64,000 bases of DNA, taken from the NCBI GenBank assembly GCA_965222715.1, contig OZ244961.1, forward strand, positions 365,458 to 429,457. Reading direction: 5' to 3'. The stretch's first letter is position 1. Each line of letters opens with the position of its first letter. Below the pieces are notes generated by a model. The model was not told the origin of the DNA. It worked only from the letters and a program-made list of their open reading frames with translations, and did no database searches. Shown piece by piece: positions 35,369 to 44,839 of the stretch. The stretch comes from Minisyncoccota bacterium (GTDB lineage Bacteria > Patescibacteriota > Minisyncoccia > Phycocordibacterales > JABMNX01). The position numbers were made by a program, and so were the translations under genes.

Positions 35369-36148
35369 ATGATACAGCGTTTTAAAGAAAATTTTAATAC
35401 AGAAGCAGGCGCACGAACAAAAGACATGTTTGTTCGCAGTCTCGCTGTTATTGGCTTTTTTGCCATTCTCTTTGTAGGACTATGGGGTACGGTGCAAGTA
35501 GTAAAAGTTGCACCTCAGGCATTTTCAACTCTTGCTGCGGTAACCACATCCCTTACTCAAACCTTCTTCTCTGCTGATACCGAAGAAGGGCAAGAAGGGA
35601 ATGCTGAAGAGGCTTCTTCTTCAAATCAAACTGAAGAAAGTACTACTCCAAATGAAAACGTGAGTGGAAATGAGGAAAATACTCAAGGAACAGCACAAGC
35701 ACTTACTCCTGGAGAGCGAGTTGATAACGTATTCCCTATTAACGATAGTCGAGCGCCATCAAACCCAAATGGTGAACCAGATCTTGTGGCTCGTATTCTT
35801 TCCGTTGGTGAAATAAATAGTGCTGGTGTATTTGTTCCAAAAGATAGTATTACTGTTGGCAACAAAGGAGCCGTGATGTTTGAAGTACAAAACAACGGAA
35901 CAAAAACATCTGATACCTGGGTATTTAATGCAGTGCTACCAACCTTCCCTATGCACATTTTCCACTCACAAACCCAACAAGCACTAAACCCCGGTGAGAA
36001 AATTCAATATACCCTTGGTTTTGACCAAATTGATTACAATAAAAAAGAAGGTGTAGTTACTATTAATGTAGACCCCGCTGGAAGTATGAAAGAGTCAAAT
36101 GAAAATAACAACATTGCTCAGCGGGTGTTAAAAATCATTTCAAATTAA
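35369..36148 (+). CDS. Membrane-anchored protein with C-terminal CARDB-like (cell-adhesion-related) beta-sandwich domain
   Basis: N-terminal TM; acidic linker. C-terminal domain with PDLVARILSVGE...VGNKGAVMFEVQNNGT...NPGE...NENNN pattern typical of CARDB. Confidence 0.6.
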   Translation: MIQRFKENFNTEAGARTKDMFVRSLAVIGFFAILFVGLWGTVQVVKVAPQAFSTLAAVTTSLTQTFFSADTEEGQEGNAEEASSSNQTEESTTPNENVSGNEENTQGTAQALTPGERVDNVFPINDSRAPSNPNGEPDLVARILSVGEINSAGVFVPKDSITVGNKGAVMFEVQNNGTKTSDTWVFNAVLPTFPMHIFHSQTQQALNPGEKIQYTLGFDQIDYNKKEGVVTINVDPAGSMKESNENNNIAQRVLKIISN

Positions 36149-36166
36149 AGCAACGTATAGATATTT

Positions 36167-36196
36167 AAAAACACCAAGCTAACCCTTGGTGTTTTT
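36167..36196. terminator. Bidirectional intrinsic terminator after CARDB gene
   Basis: aaaaacaccaag-ctaac-ccttggtgttttt. Confidence 0.6.
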
Positions 36197-36203
36197 TAAT
36201 ATA

Positions 36204-36232
36204 TTGACAAAATAATTTTAATATGTTATTAT
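36204..36232 (+). promoter_or_regulatory. Near-consensus sigma-70 promoter TTGACA-N17-TATTAT
   Basis: ttgaca 36204-36209, 17-nt spacer, tattat 36227-36232. Predicted TSS ~36239. Confidence 0.55.
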
Positions 36233-36238
36233 GTATAC

Positions 36239-36475
36239 AGACATTAAAGGAGTGCGAACGATGCGATAACACTACTTTGCGGGGTGGCGTACTACCCTCA
36301 CAGATAAAGTACGGCAGGACGGAATCAATTGTAGGAAATCTGCTGATGGGGCCCAGCATAACCCCTGACCAACAATAGTCACAGAAGGCGTTGTTGGGTT
36401 TCGCGAAAAGTACTCTTCCTGTGCGCAAAAGATTCCATGGACCAGCAGCTATAGAGCTGCTGGTCCATTTACTTT
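36239..36475 (+). ncRNA. Unidentified ~235-nt small RNA with its own promoter and intrinsic terminator
   Basis: Consensus promoter upstream. Terminator hairpin ggaccagcagc-tata-gagctgctggtcc at 36438-36465 plus U tract. Contains SD-like AAGGAG followed by a 2-codon ORF (AUG CGA UAA). No plausible protein ORF on plus strand. Confidence 0.5.
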
Positions 36476-36566
36476 ATTACCTAACTTTACTCCATAGAAA
36501 GAATATTTTTGCGCGATAGCTGAGAACATATACTACCCCCCTAAACTTCTTTTAGATTATTTTTCA

Positions 36567-38663
36567 TTAAATATCTAAACTAGCGTTCTTTGCATTTGAT
36601 TGAATGAATGACTTTCGAGCAGCAACGTCTGTTCCCATTAACGTATCAAATACTCTGTCTGCTTCTTGTGCATCTTCAATAGTTACTTGCTTAAGGACTC
36701 GACGCTCAGGATCCATGGTTGTCTCCCACAATTCTCCTGGGTTCATCTCTCCAAGACCCTTATATCGCTGAAGGTGGAATTTAGCAGCAGCTTTTTTCTT
36801 AATCTCCTCATCTTCAGAATCCTCTTCGTCTTCATTGTCAGAAGAAAGTTCATCAATAGCTTCGGCCGCATCTTTCCCAATAATACCTACCTTGTCATTC
36901 TCAGTGTATGCATAAAACACCTCCTTCCCTTTCTTGATTTTATAGAGTGGTGGTTGTGCAATGTAGAGATACCCTCCCTCAATGATTGGTCTGAAATAAC
37001 GGAAGAAGAGCGTCAGAAGAAGTGTTCGAATATGGGCACCATCAACATCAGCGTCAGTTGCGATAATAATTTTGTGGTACCGTAGTTTTTCAATATCAAA
37101 TGTATCTCCTATTGCAGTACCAAGCGCAACAACCAAGGCTTTGATTTCATTTGATGAAAGCATACGATCGAGACGTGCTCGTTCAACATTAAGAATCTTT
37201 CCACGAAGTGGCAGAATTGCCTGAGTACGGCGGTCACGCCCTTGCTTACTTGAACCACCAGCTGAATCTCCCTCAACAATAAAGAGCTCGGACTCTTCAG
37301 CACTTTTAGTCTGACAGTCTGCAAGCTTTCCAGGAAGTGTAAGGCCATCAAGCGCACCTTTTCGCAGTACACTATCTTTCGCGGCTTTTGCTGCTTTACG
37401 AGCCTTAAGGGCAAGCGTTGCCTTCCCAATTATCATCTTGGCATCGTCTGGATGTTCTTCAAGGAATGTAGCAAACGCTTCACTAAAGACGCTCTCTACC
37501 GCTCCTCGTGCTTCAACTGAACCAAGTTTTGATTTAGTTTGCCCTTCAAACTGAATTTCGGGCATCTTTATTGAAACTACTGCAGTCAGCCCCTCTAACA
37601 CATCATCTCCGGTAAACGCTTCACCTTCTTTGCCTCCTGATTTTTTAGAGTAGTTATTAAGCGTACGAGTCAGTGATGTTTTAAAGCCAGTAATATGTGT
37701 TCCCCCTTCTGGGTTATGAATATTGTTTGCAAAAGCAGAGATACGAGCTGAGATATCATCAACATACTGGAGTGATACCTCAACAGAAATATCATCAACT
37801 TCCTTTTCAACATAAAAAATATTCTTATGTACTGGCTTTTGATGACGGTTCTGGAACTTTACTAATGAGAGAAGACCGCCTTCAAAATAAAATGACATTG
37901 ATGGACACTCTACACCGAGGTCTCGCAAATAGTGAGTACTTTCACCATCAATTTTTTTATCATACTCACGTAAATCAAGTGTCGTAATATGAAGACCTTT
38001 TACAAGATACGCCTGTTGCCGAAGATGTGCCGTAATGCGATCCCAGTTATACTCAATGGTTTCAAAAATTTCTGCATCAGCTTCAAACTCAATAATAGTT
38101 CCTGTAATCTTTGATGCTTTTACTTTTTTGACCTTTGCCTTTGCTTTACCTCCCTTGGTGTACTCCTGCACATACATGCCACCATCACGATGCACAATTG
38201 CTTTAGCGTACACTGAAAGTGCATTTACCACCGAGACACCAACACCATGAAGACCACCAGAAACTTTATATCCTTCTCCACCAAACTTACCACCAGCATG
38301 AAGGGTGGTCATAATTGTCTCAAGTGCTGAAACTTTTGTTTTTGCGTGAATATCAACCGGAATACCGCGACCATTGTCAGCAACACGTACTCGATTACCC
38401 GGCAGAAGCGCTACTTCAATACGATCAGCAAAACCACCCATCGCTTCATCGCGTGAGTTATCAAATACCTCCCAAATAAGGTGGTGGAGTCCATCTACCC
38501 CGGTCGTACCAATATACATTCCTGGACGACGACGGACTGCTTCAAGCCCCTCAAGAACAGTAATGTCATCAGCACCATATGAGCCAACTTTTTTAGCTGT
38601 AGGTGCTGCAGTTTTACCGCTTGTTTTTGTAGACGTTGTCTTTTTAGCCTTTTTCTCTGCCAT
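36567..38663 (-). CDS. gyrB: DNA gyrase subunit B with short Lys-rich N-terminal extension
   Basis: GHKL ATPase motifs (EVFDNSRDEA, GLHGVGVSVVNALS), TOPRIM (EGDSAGGS), QRYKGLGEMN tail. Start set at MAEKKAKK. Confidence 0.95.
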   Translation of the reverse strand: MAEKKAKKTTSTKTSGKTAAPTAKKVGSYGADDITVLEGLEAVRRRPGMYIGTTGVDGLHHLIWEVFDNSRDEAMGGFADRIEVALLPGNRVRVADNGRGIPVDIHAKTKVSALETIMTTLHAGGKFGGEGYKVSGGLHGVGVSVVNALSVYAKAIVHRDGGMYVQEYTKGGKAKAKVKKVKASKITGTIIEFEADAEIFETIEYNWDRITAHLRQQAYLVKGLHITTLDLREYDKKIDGESTHYLRDLGVECPSMSFYFEGGLLSLVKFQNRHQKPVHKNIFYVEKEVDDISVEVSLQYVDDISARISAFANNIHNPEGGTHITGFKTSLTRTLNNYSKKSGGKEGEAFTGDDVLEGLTAVVSIKMPEIQFEGQTKSKLGSVEARGAVESVFSEAFATFLEEHPDDAKMIIGKATLALKARKAAKAAKDSVLRKGALDGLTLPGKLADCQTKSAEESELFIVEGDSAGGSSKQGRDRRTQAILPLRGKILNVERARLDRMLSSNEIKALVVALGTAIGDTFDIEKLRYHKIIIATDADVDGAHIRTLLLTLFFRYFRPIIEGGYLYIAQPPLYKIKKGKEVFYAYTENDKVGIIGKDAAEAIDELSSDNEDEEDSEDEEIKKKAAAKFHLQRYKGLGEMNPGELWETTMDPERRVLKQVTIEDAQEADRVFDTLMGTDVAARKSFIQSNAKNASLDI

Positions 38664-38797
38664 ATTCTGTATTTTGTGTGAGCGCAAAATTAAAAAGGAG
38701 TGCTGTTTCCTTACTCATTATTTTAGCAAAAAACCCCTGATATATCCAGTGATTTTGGGGATTATGAGCCTCTTCAGGTGGCTCTGTAGAGCCGTAA

Positions 38798-38823
38798 TAA
38801 ACGCCAAGGGTACTCTTGGCGTT
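38798..38823. terminator. Intrinsic terminator, copy 4 of recurring palindrome (overlaps pheT stop codon)
   Basis: aataaacgccaagggtactcttggcgtttatt. Confidence 0.7.
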
Positions 38824-38825
38824 TA

Positions 38826-41228
38826 TTATCGCACCTCGTAACCCTCAGTATTGTTAAGTGCTGTGGTCACTCGCTCCATAGCTTCATGTATTTCCTCATC
38901 TGAGAGTGTTTTTTCAGGCGACTGGAAGACAAGACGAAAGGCATAGGACACTCTACCGTCCTTTTTAAACTCATCAAATAATGTATGTTGCACTAGTAGG
39001 TCTCCAGCAGTATTAGTAATTGTTGTAAGTACGTCATTCCCACTCACACTCTCTGGTACCCATACTGCAATATCTCGAAGGGCAAATGGATAGATTGAAA
39101 ATGGTGTATACGTGTAGGTACTCTTATCAATTGTCGCACTATAGTCGTGTGGTTCAGGTAGTGATTCCACTACTGCATCGAAATTGCACTCATACACTCC
39201 GTTAGTCACTTTTCCGTCAGGCATCCCAAACTCTTCTTTGAGATCAGCAACAATACTTTCTAGAACTTCCTGCTTTGAAGTTGTTATACCAAGTGACATA
39301 TGTTCACTGGTATTGGTAAAGACTGTTCCTAATTCAAACAAGGAAATTGTGTTAGCACTAAACAATGGTATATTTTTTACATTTAGTTCAAGAGACTGTG
39401 TGAGTCCAGTAACAAGAGAGGGTCTAAGATATTTTTTGTCACTTGCGATTGGGTTCTCAATTTCTACTTCCCCACTATCTTGAAGTGCATAGGTATACAC
39501 TTCAGTAAAGCCACGATTGGTTAAAAATTCTCGCACCTTTTCAGCGTAGTAGAATCGCTTATTCACTGACACTTTTTTCTCACTTGTAGGTGACTGCTCT
39601 GCGACTATATTTCCATAACCATAAATGCGTCCAATTTCTTCAATAAGATCCTCTTTATTACCACTTGTGAGAAAACTAGTGTGAGCGACCAAATCAAGTC
39701 GTTCAAATGGAATAGAAACCACATACCGATCCTCTGCATCCATCATTCTTCGGTATCCGACAATATTTTTAAAGTACGCACTCTCTTCAATCTTCTCTTC
39801 GATAACCCCCTCTTTTGTTGCAGCGTGGAGCACCCGATCGTCACCGAGGTATATACCACAGTGAGATACTCCACCTTCTACCACCGTGCCCGAGAGAAAC
39901 TCTTGTGTCTTTTCCTGTGCGCCAGTGTGTACCACCTCTTCACCATCACTCAGCCGAGTGAACGAGTGTTCTTTTTTTGTTCCAACACCATTTGTTGAAA
40001 ATATAACGTCACCAGGCTTACGTTCTGATTCAATGATCGGAGTACCGTAAATATATTGATCAATAGCAATACGTGGAAGTGAGATGCCAGCTTGCGCAAA
40101 TACATACGCAACAAAGGACGAACAATCAAACGCATGTGGTGCATTATACGAGATGCTAGCACCATACTTATACGGGGTACTAACGTACGTTTGTGCAACT
40201 TCAATGACCTTAGATGCTGGCACTACTTTTTCAAATGGGAATGTGAGTCGTGCAAAGATATCTTCAATGGCTGATTCAGATATAGTAGTCCCAAGAAGAC
40301 TGTTCACCTCATTACATGAGACTCCTGACTTATATTCAATAGTTTTTTGAAGTGGAAACTCATCTACGATTCCTTCAACTGTACCACCAGCTATCTCAAG
40401 TATTAATGTAACCACCTCGGCTAATCCGTACCGAGCATATTCAGGCGCTATGCCGTTTTCAAATCGAGTTGAGGCGTCGGTACGAAGTTTTAATTCTTGA
40501 GACGTTTTGCGTATACTTGAACCTTTAAAGTTAGCAGCTGAGATAACAACAGAGGTGGTGTCTTTTGTAAGCTCAGCTTGTGTTCCACCTTTTATCCCAG
40601 CAATATCGAGAACAGCACCACTATGACTATCTGCAAGCACCATCATTCCTTCTCTAAGCGAATACTCCTCACCACCAAGTAAACTGATCTTTTCTTCTTC
40701 TTTTGCTGATCGAATAATGATACCTACACTCCCCTCTTTTTCAGTTAATTTATCGGCATCAAAGGCGTGCGTTGGTTGGCCGAGTCCCAACATAACGTAA
40801 TTTGTTGCGTCAACAATGTTGTTAATTGAACGTTGTCCAAGTGTAGTAAGACGTTCTTGTAGCCACTGGGGAGAGTCTTTTACAACAACACCTGTGATGA
40901 GCGCTGCGGTATGTCTTGGTGCGTTAATATGATCATTAATCGAGAGAGTGAGTTTCTTTGAATGAGGAAACTCTTTATATGATTCTCGTAACACATCTTT
41001 TTTTAATGGAAGCTTAAAAAGTACTGAGCACTCTTTTGCAATTCCTCTATGTGAAAGACAGTCATGAGCACGGTTTGGTAATACATCAATGTCTAAAACT
41101 GAGTCGTCACCAACAGTCTCAACGCCTTCAACCTCAAATGAATGAAAGGTGAGCTTTTCTGCAACTTCCTCGGGTGAAGGTAGTGGTGTATCAAAATATG
41201 TTTGTAGCCAGTTGTAACTTACTTTCAT
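38826..41228 (-). CDS. pheT: Phenylalanine--tRNA ligase beta subunit lacking the B2 OB domain and carrying an inserted NlpC/P60-type Cys-His domain between B5 and the catalytic-like domain
   Basis: B1 (MKVSYNWLQTYF), B3/B4 (ATNYVMLGLGQPTHAFDADKL), B5, then PYKYGAS...FDCSSFVAYVF...HCGIYLGDDRVLHA (NlpC/P60 hallmarks), then IPFERLDLVAHTS...EEIGRIYGYGNI and C-terminal FDX-ACB domain. Confidence 0.93.
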   Translation of the reverse strand: MKVSYNWLQTYFDTPLPSPEEVAEKLTFHSFEVEGVETVGDDSVLDIDVLPNRAHDCLSHRGIAKECSVLFKLPLKKDVLRESYKEFPHSKKLTLSINDHINAPRHTAALITGVVVKDSPQWLQERLTTLGQRSINNIVDATNYVMLGLGQPTHAFDADKLTEKEGSVGIIIRSAKEEEKISLLGGEEYSLREGMMVLADSHSGAVLDIAGIKGGTQAELTKDTTSVVISAANFKGSSIRKTSQELKLRTDASTRFENGIAPEYARYGLAEVVTLILEIAGGTVEGIVDEFPLQKTIEYKSGVSCNEVNSLLGTTISESAIEDIFARLTFPFEKVVPASKVIEVAQTYVSTPYKYGASISYNAPHAFDCSSFVAYVFAQAGISLPRIAIDQYIYGTPIIESERKPGDVIFSTNGVGTKKEHSFTRLSDGEEVVHTGAQEKTQEFLSGTVVEGGVSHCGIYLGDDRVLHAATKEGVIEEKIEESAYFKNIVGYRRMMDAEDRYVVSIPFERLDLVAHTSFLTSGNKEDLIEEIGRIYGYGNIVAEQSPTSEKKVSVNKRFYYAEKVREFLTNRGFTEVYTYALQDSGEVEIENPIASDKKYLRPSLVTGLTQSLELNVKNIPLFSANTISLFELGTVFTNTSEHMSLGITTSKQEVLESIVADLKEEFGMPDGKVTNGVYECNFDAVVESLPEPHDYSATIDKSTYTYTPFSIYPFALRDIAVWVPESVSGNDVLTTITNTAGDLLVQHTLFDEFKKDGRVSYAFRLVFQSPEKTLSDEEIHEAMERVTTALNNTEGYEVR

Positions 41229-41239
41229 ATATTCTGTAT

Positions 41240-41980
41240 TTAAAACTGATTTACAAACCGTAAGTCACCTGTGTGAAAGAGACGTGTGTCATCAATACCG
41301 TACTTGAGCATACCGAGCCTCTCAACCCCAGTACCAAACGCAAACCCCTGCCACTCTTTCGGGTTAATACCTGAGCTCTCAAGCACCTTAGGGTGAACCA
41401 TTCCTGCTCCCATGATCTCAATCCACTTATCACGCAAACGGTCAGGCGCACTGTCTCCCACAAGGCGCATATCAATCTCAACACCTGGTTCAACAAATGG
41501 GAAGTAACTGGGGCGGAGACGCACCTCCACATCACTTCCAAAAAATTTCTCAAAGAATGTTTCAAGGACACCCTTAAGAGTTGCAAGTGTCACATCTTTT
41601 CCAATCATCAAACCTTCAACTTGATAAAACTGTGCTTCATGTGTCATATCAGTTGCCTCGTGTCGATACACCTTACCAGGGGCGATGATACGAATTGGAG
41701 GTTCGTGTTTTTCCATGTAGCGCACCTGCACGGGGCTGGTGTGGGTGCGGAGGAGTTTTTTTGCATTAAGTGGTTTAAGCCAAAAAGTATCCCACATGTC
41801 ACGTGCTGGGTGATTCTGAGGAACATTCAAAGTGTCAAAATTGTAATATTCTGTCTCAATTTCAGGCCCTTCTGCAAATTCAAACCCCATCTCACGAAAA
41901 ATCGCGTTTATCTCGCGGATCATTCTAGTTATTGGGTGAATGTGTGCTTGAGCCGTGCTCTCCTCAGTCATATTGCTCAA
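41240..41980 (-). CDS. pheS: Phenylalanine--tRNA ligase alpha subunit (short, catalytic core only)
   Basis: Class II motifs: NHPARDMWDTFW, FRPSYFPFVEPGVEID, AFGTGVERL. 246 aa. Confidence 0.92.
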   Translation of the reverse strand: MSNMTEESTAQAHIHPITRMIREINAIFREMGFEFAEGPEIETEYYNFDTLNVPQNHPARDMWDTFWLKPLNAKKLLRTHTSPVQVRYMEKHEPPIRIIAPGKVYRHEATDMTHEAQFYQVEGLMIGKDVTLATLKGVLETFFEKFFGSDVEVRLRPSYFPFVEPGVEIDMRLVGDSAPDRLRDKWIEIMGAGMVHPKVLESSGINPKEWQGFAFGTGVERLGMLKYGIDDTRLFHTGDLRFVNQF

Positions 41981-42022
41981 TTATACGGAAAAACCCTTGT
42001 ATGTAAAAGTGTAGGTATCTTC

Positions 42023-42877
42023 TTATAGTTCGTATTCAAAAATCTGTATACCCTCAGCGGTTGGCTCTAAGATAAATATACTATCCCCCTCAGTCCGCAC
42101 CTGCACCCCAAGTGCGTTAAACATTGTTTGTGTATTTCGTGGGATTCGTGGATCTATTTCAGTCATTGATACGACTCCGTCAGTGATGATCAGAATGAGT
42201 TCATTTGAGAGGGGATGAAAGTCGTAATAATCAACTTGTTTCTTATTTATAGAAATTTCTTTTTCGCACACTCCGTCTTCACAAAAATATGACGGTGCCT
42301 TACTGTTTGTATTTGCCCAACGAGCATAGACACTCTCACCCTCTCTCCACAAGACCACATCACCTTTACGTTTTACATCACTTACACCACTACGCGTTGA
42401 AGTTGAAAGCGATGTAGGATACTCAGCCTCACGAAGCATGTTTGGTGAGGATGTTGCAAATAGGTCCAATACTCGTTCATATCGATCCTCAGTAGGAGCG
42501 ACTTCAATATAAGGGATCTCTACCGGAAGAATGAATCCTGCTGCTTCAACTACACGCTGTGGTTTTACTTCAAGTATTTTTTCCCAGGAGCGAAACCCTT
42601 CTTTCTCTACAACAATGTGGTACACACGAGGAGTGAGATCTTGTATAAAAAAACCACTTTTTAATATACTGGCGCTCCTTACTGGCTTCCCATCAAGTAT
42701 AAGTGTTGCGTTTGATTCATCAACACCAACAAATACGCCTCCTGTTTTTACTAGCGTAAAACCTTCTCCAAGGCGATACCCAGCGGAATACAAAACAGTA
42801 ATTGGTACAAGAATAATAAAGAGCACTATAAGAAGTGCAAGGTATATTCTTCTAGTATTTTGTGAAAGAGGTTCCAT
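42023..42877 (-). CDS. Membrane-anchored hypothetical protein, possible PEGA-like beta-sandwich domain
   Basis: N-terminal TM (IYLALLIVLFIILVPITVL); YHIVVEKEGFRSWEKILEV resembles PEGA motif. Confidence 0.5.
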   Translation of the reverse strand: MEPLSQNTRRIYLALLIVLFIILVPITVLYSAGYRLGEGFTLVKTGGVFVGVDESNATLILDGKPVRSASILKSGFFIQDLTPRVYHIVVEKEGFRSWEKILEVKPQRVVEAAGFILPVEIPYIEVAPTEDRYERVLDLFATSSPNMLREAEYPTSLSTSTRSGVSDVKRKGDVVLWREGESVYARWANTNSKAPSYFCEDGVCEKEISINKKQVDYYDFHPLSNELILIITDGVVSMTEIDPRIPRNTQTMFNALGVQVRTEGDSIFILEPTAEGIQIFEYEL

Positions 42878-42886
42878 ATTTCTCCA

Positions 42887-44479
42887 CTACACTGTCTGAC
42901 TCGAAGCTTTTTTAGGGGTCACCCAGAACCCCATATATTTACCAAACAACAGTCGTGTTTGTGCATCAAGCCCTGGAATAGCACTAAAGACGATCATGGT
43001 AAGTGGCACAAGTATCCACTGCAATATCATACTAACATAGCGCGTTTTTTTGTACTGTTGAGGACGTGGCGGCAAAAGTGTTGTCGATATAATTGCTGAG
43101 ACAATTAAACCAAACATGGCAAGCGTGAGGAACGTTCGAGCAACGATGGGTAAATTATATGAAAGTATAGTGGTACTGAATTCTCGCCCGCCAACTAACA
43201 ACGGTAGCCACCCAAGCGAAAAAAGGATAAGTGGGTGTGTAGCAAGAGACCAAAACCCTTCAATTTGTATCCAACAGAAGTGAAGTCGTTTGCGAAGCGG
43301 AAATGTTTTATTTTTTATTGAGTGGTAGAGAATGTATGGAACATTTTCTACACCATAGGTCCATCGACGGTTTTGTTTATATATATTTTTAAACGTCTCC
43401 CAACTTGAATCTGCAACATTTGCATCCATAGAAACAGGATACGAGATTGGAATGACTCGATATGCGCCATTATGGGCAAACAGTAAGTTCCAAAAAATGC
43501 GTGAATCTTCACTCACCATATTTTTTTGCCAATAACCAACTCGATGCAGTGCTTTAAACGATACTGCGTGAGAAGAAAATGTTGCAAGTTTCTCAGGCCG
43601 TTCTTGTTGAATCATCTGCCAGAATGTACCAGATGTTGCGGCAACACGAGAAAACGAGGGCGCATCCCAAATATTATTATTATACAGTGGAACAGGTTGG
43701 AATGACGCGGTGTGTGGATCTTCTGTTGTTAAAAAATACCACGTAAGGCACTGAAAATATTGTGGGTACACCACCGTATCTACATCTAAAGCAGAAACGA
43801 TAACATCTTCATACGGAATATTATGCGTATCAAGAATTGCTACTCGTGCCTCCTCAGCAGCATACGCAATATTTGAACCTTTTCCCGGCATCTCTCCAGG
43901 GATGTCTTTAGGATGTACTGCGATGTGTATATGCCCAAAAGTATCTTGGTGTTCACTTAAGATGCGCTTCGCAATAGCTACAGCCTCCTCCCCCGCCCTT
44001 TCTTCTGGAGCTAGTACGATACACAATTTTTTTAAATCACCGGTTGTTTCAGCAAGTTTTTGTACTGTATATGAGACTGTCTCGTAACTTTCTTTGTAGT
44101 ACGGCAACAATACTAAGTGCCTGATGTGATCATGTTTCAGATGCGATACTCGCTCCCCCCAATCAGTGTTAATACTATGTCGCAATCGACGCCAATTATG
44201 CCGAACATGTACTGAAAGGTAGATTGTTTTGAGTAGCCAAAAAAGTGAGAACGCAATAATTATGTACGCGGCTATTTCAGGAGCAAAAAAAGAAAGGAGG
44301 ACAACACCGAGAAGGGTTGTCCATGAAAGTACTCCTGGAAACATTTCAAAAAAACGGTACAGTAATCGGTCTTTACCCTCTAGGTCAGTTGCTCTACCAA
44401 CATGAAAATCTTTTGGGAGATAGAGTGTTTCTTTGTTTTTTTTAGACATAAAAATAGAATCAGAGTAGTGGAGCGTCAC
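42887..44479 (-). CDS. Family 2 glycosyltransferase, membrane-integrated (cellulose-synthase-like, QxxRW motif)
   Basis: Multiple TM helices at both ends; cytoplasmic GT-A domain with D..D region and YKQNRRWTYG (QxxRW). Confidence 0.6.
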   Translation of the reverse strand: MTLHYSDSIFMSKKNKETLYLPKDFHVGRATDLEGKDRLLYRFFEMFPGVLSWTTLLGVVLLSFFAPEIAAYIIIAFSLFWLLKTIYLSVHVRHNWRRLRHSINTDWGERVSHLKHDHIRHLVLLPYYKESYETVSYTVQKLAETTGDLKKLCIVLAPEERAGEEAVAIAKRILSEHQDTFGHIHIAVHPKDIPGEMPGKGSNIAYAAEEARVAILDTHNIPYEDVIVSALDVDTVVYPQYFQCLTWYFLTTEDPHTASFQPVPLYNNNIWDAPSFSRVAATSGTFWQMIQQERPEKLATFSSHAVSFKALHRVGYWQKNMVSEDSRIFWNLLFAHNGAYRVIPISYPVSMDANVADSSWETFKNIYKQNRRWTYGVENVPYILYHSIKNKTFPLRKRLHFCWIQIEGFWSLATHPLILFSLGWLPLLVGGREFSTTILSYNLPIVARTFLTLAMFGLIVSAIISTTLLPPRPQQYKKTRYVSMILQWILVPLTMIVFSAIPGLDAQTRLLFGKYMGFWVTPKKASSQTV

Positions 44480-44612
44480 GACTTACTAATTATTTTAGTC
44501 CAAGTATTCCTAAAGTAATAATTAGTCGCGACCCCGCCTCGCTCGTTCGTCGACCGCTCCTCACATCGCTCCGACTTGGCTCAAGGCACGCGTTTGACGC
44601 AGGTCAAACACT

Positions 44613-44636
44613 AAAAGTTCCTTATTGGGAACTTTT
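44613..44636 (-). terminator. Hairpin plus U-run downstream of tRNA cluster (minus strand); T4 also on plus strand
   Basis: aaaagttcc-ttatt-gggaactttt. Confidence 0.4.
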
Positions 44637-44640
44637 ACCT

Positions 44641-44725
44641 TGAGCCACCTGTCAGACTCGAACTGACGACCTACTCATTACAAGTGGTTCGAAGTTAGGC
44701 ACTTCTCACCTCCACCAACTGAGCC
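44641..44725 (-). pseudogene. tRNA-Thr-derived fragment: D-arm-like segment + 30-nt insert + exact copy of 3' half of tRNA-Thr, CCA end corrupted
   Basis: 45-bp direct repeat of 44728-44772 at 44642-44686. Ends GGCTCAAGG instead of GGCTCCA. Confidence 0.5.
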
Positions 44726-44801
44726 TGGAGCCACCTGTCAGACTCGAACTGACGACCTACTCATTACAAGTGAGTTGCTCTACCAACTGAGCTAAGGTGG
44801 C
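44726..44801 (-). tRNA. tRNA-Thr (anticodon UGU), CCA encoded
   Basis: GCCACCTTAGCTCAGTTGGTAGAGCAACTCACTTGTAATGAGTAGGTCGTCAGTTCGAGTCTGACAGGTGGCTCCA. 7-bp acceptor stem pairs perfectly. D, anticodon (loop CTTGTAA) and T arms (TTCGAGT loop) fold canonically. Confidence 0.85.
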
Positions 44802-44839
44802 GTATATACTTTTTTTCTTTAACACAACCTAAGCTATTC

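Noticed and set aside
36165-36428. 87-aa minus-strand ORF (MRTGRVLFAKPNNAFCDYCWSG...)
   Set aside because: Antisense to the promoter-terminator-bounded sRNA. Poor composition, no RBS.
41393-42028. 211-aa plus-strand ORF
   Set aside because: Fully antisense to pheS. Cys/His-rich composition with no motif. pheS is unambiguous.
44480-44560. 10-bp AT-rich inverted repeat (actaattatt ... aataattagt) and GC-rich GTCGCGAC/GTCGAC palindromes upstream of the glycosyltransferase gene
   Set aside because: Could be an operator or part of the tRNA-locus scar, but too AT-rich or short to interpret. Mentioned only in the tRNA-locus finding context.
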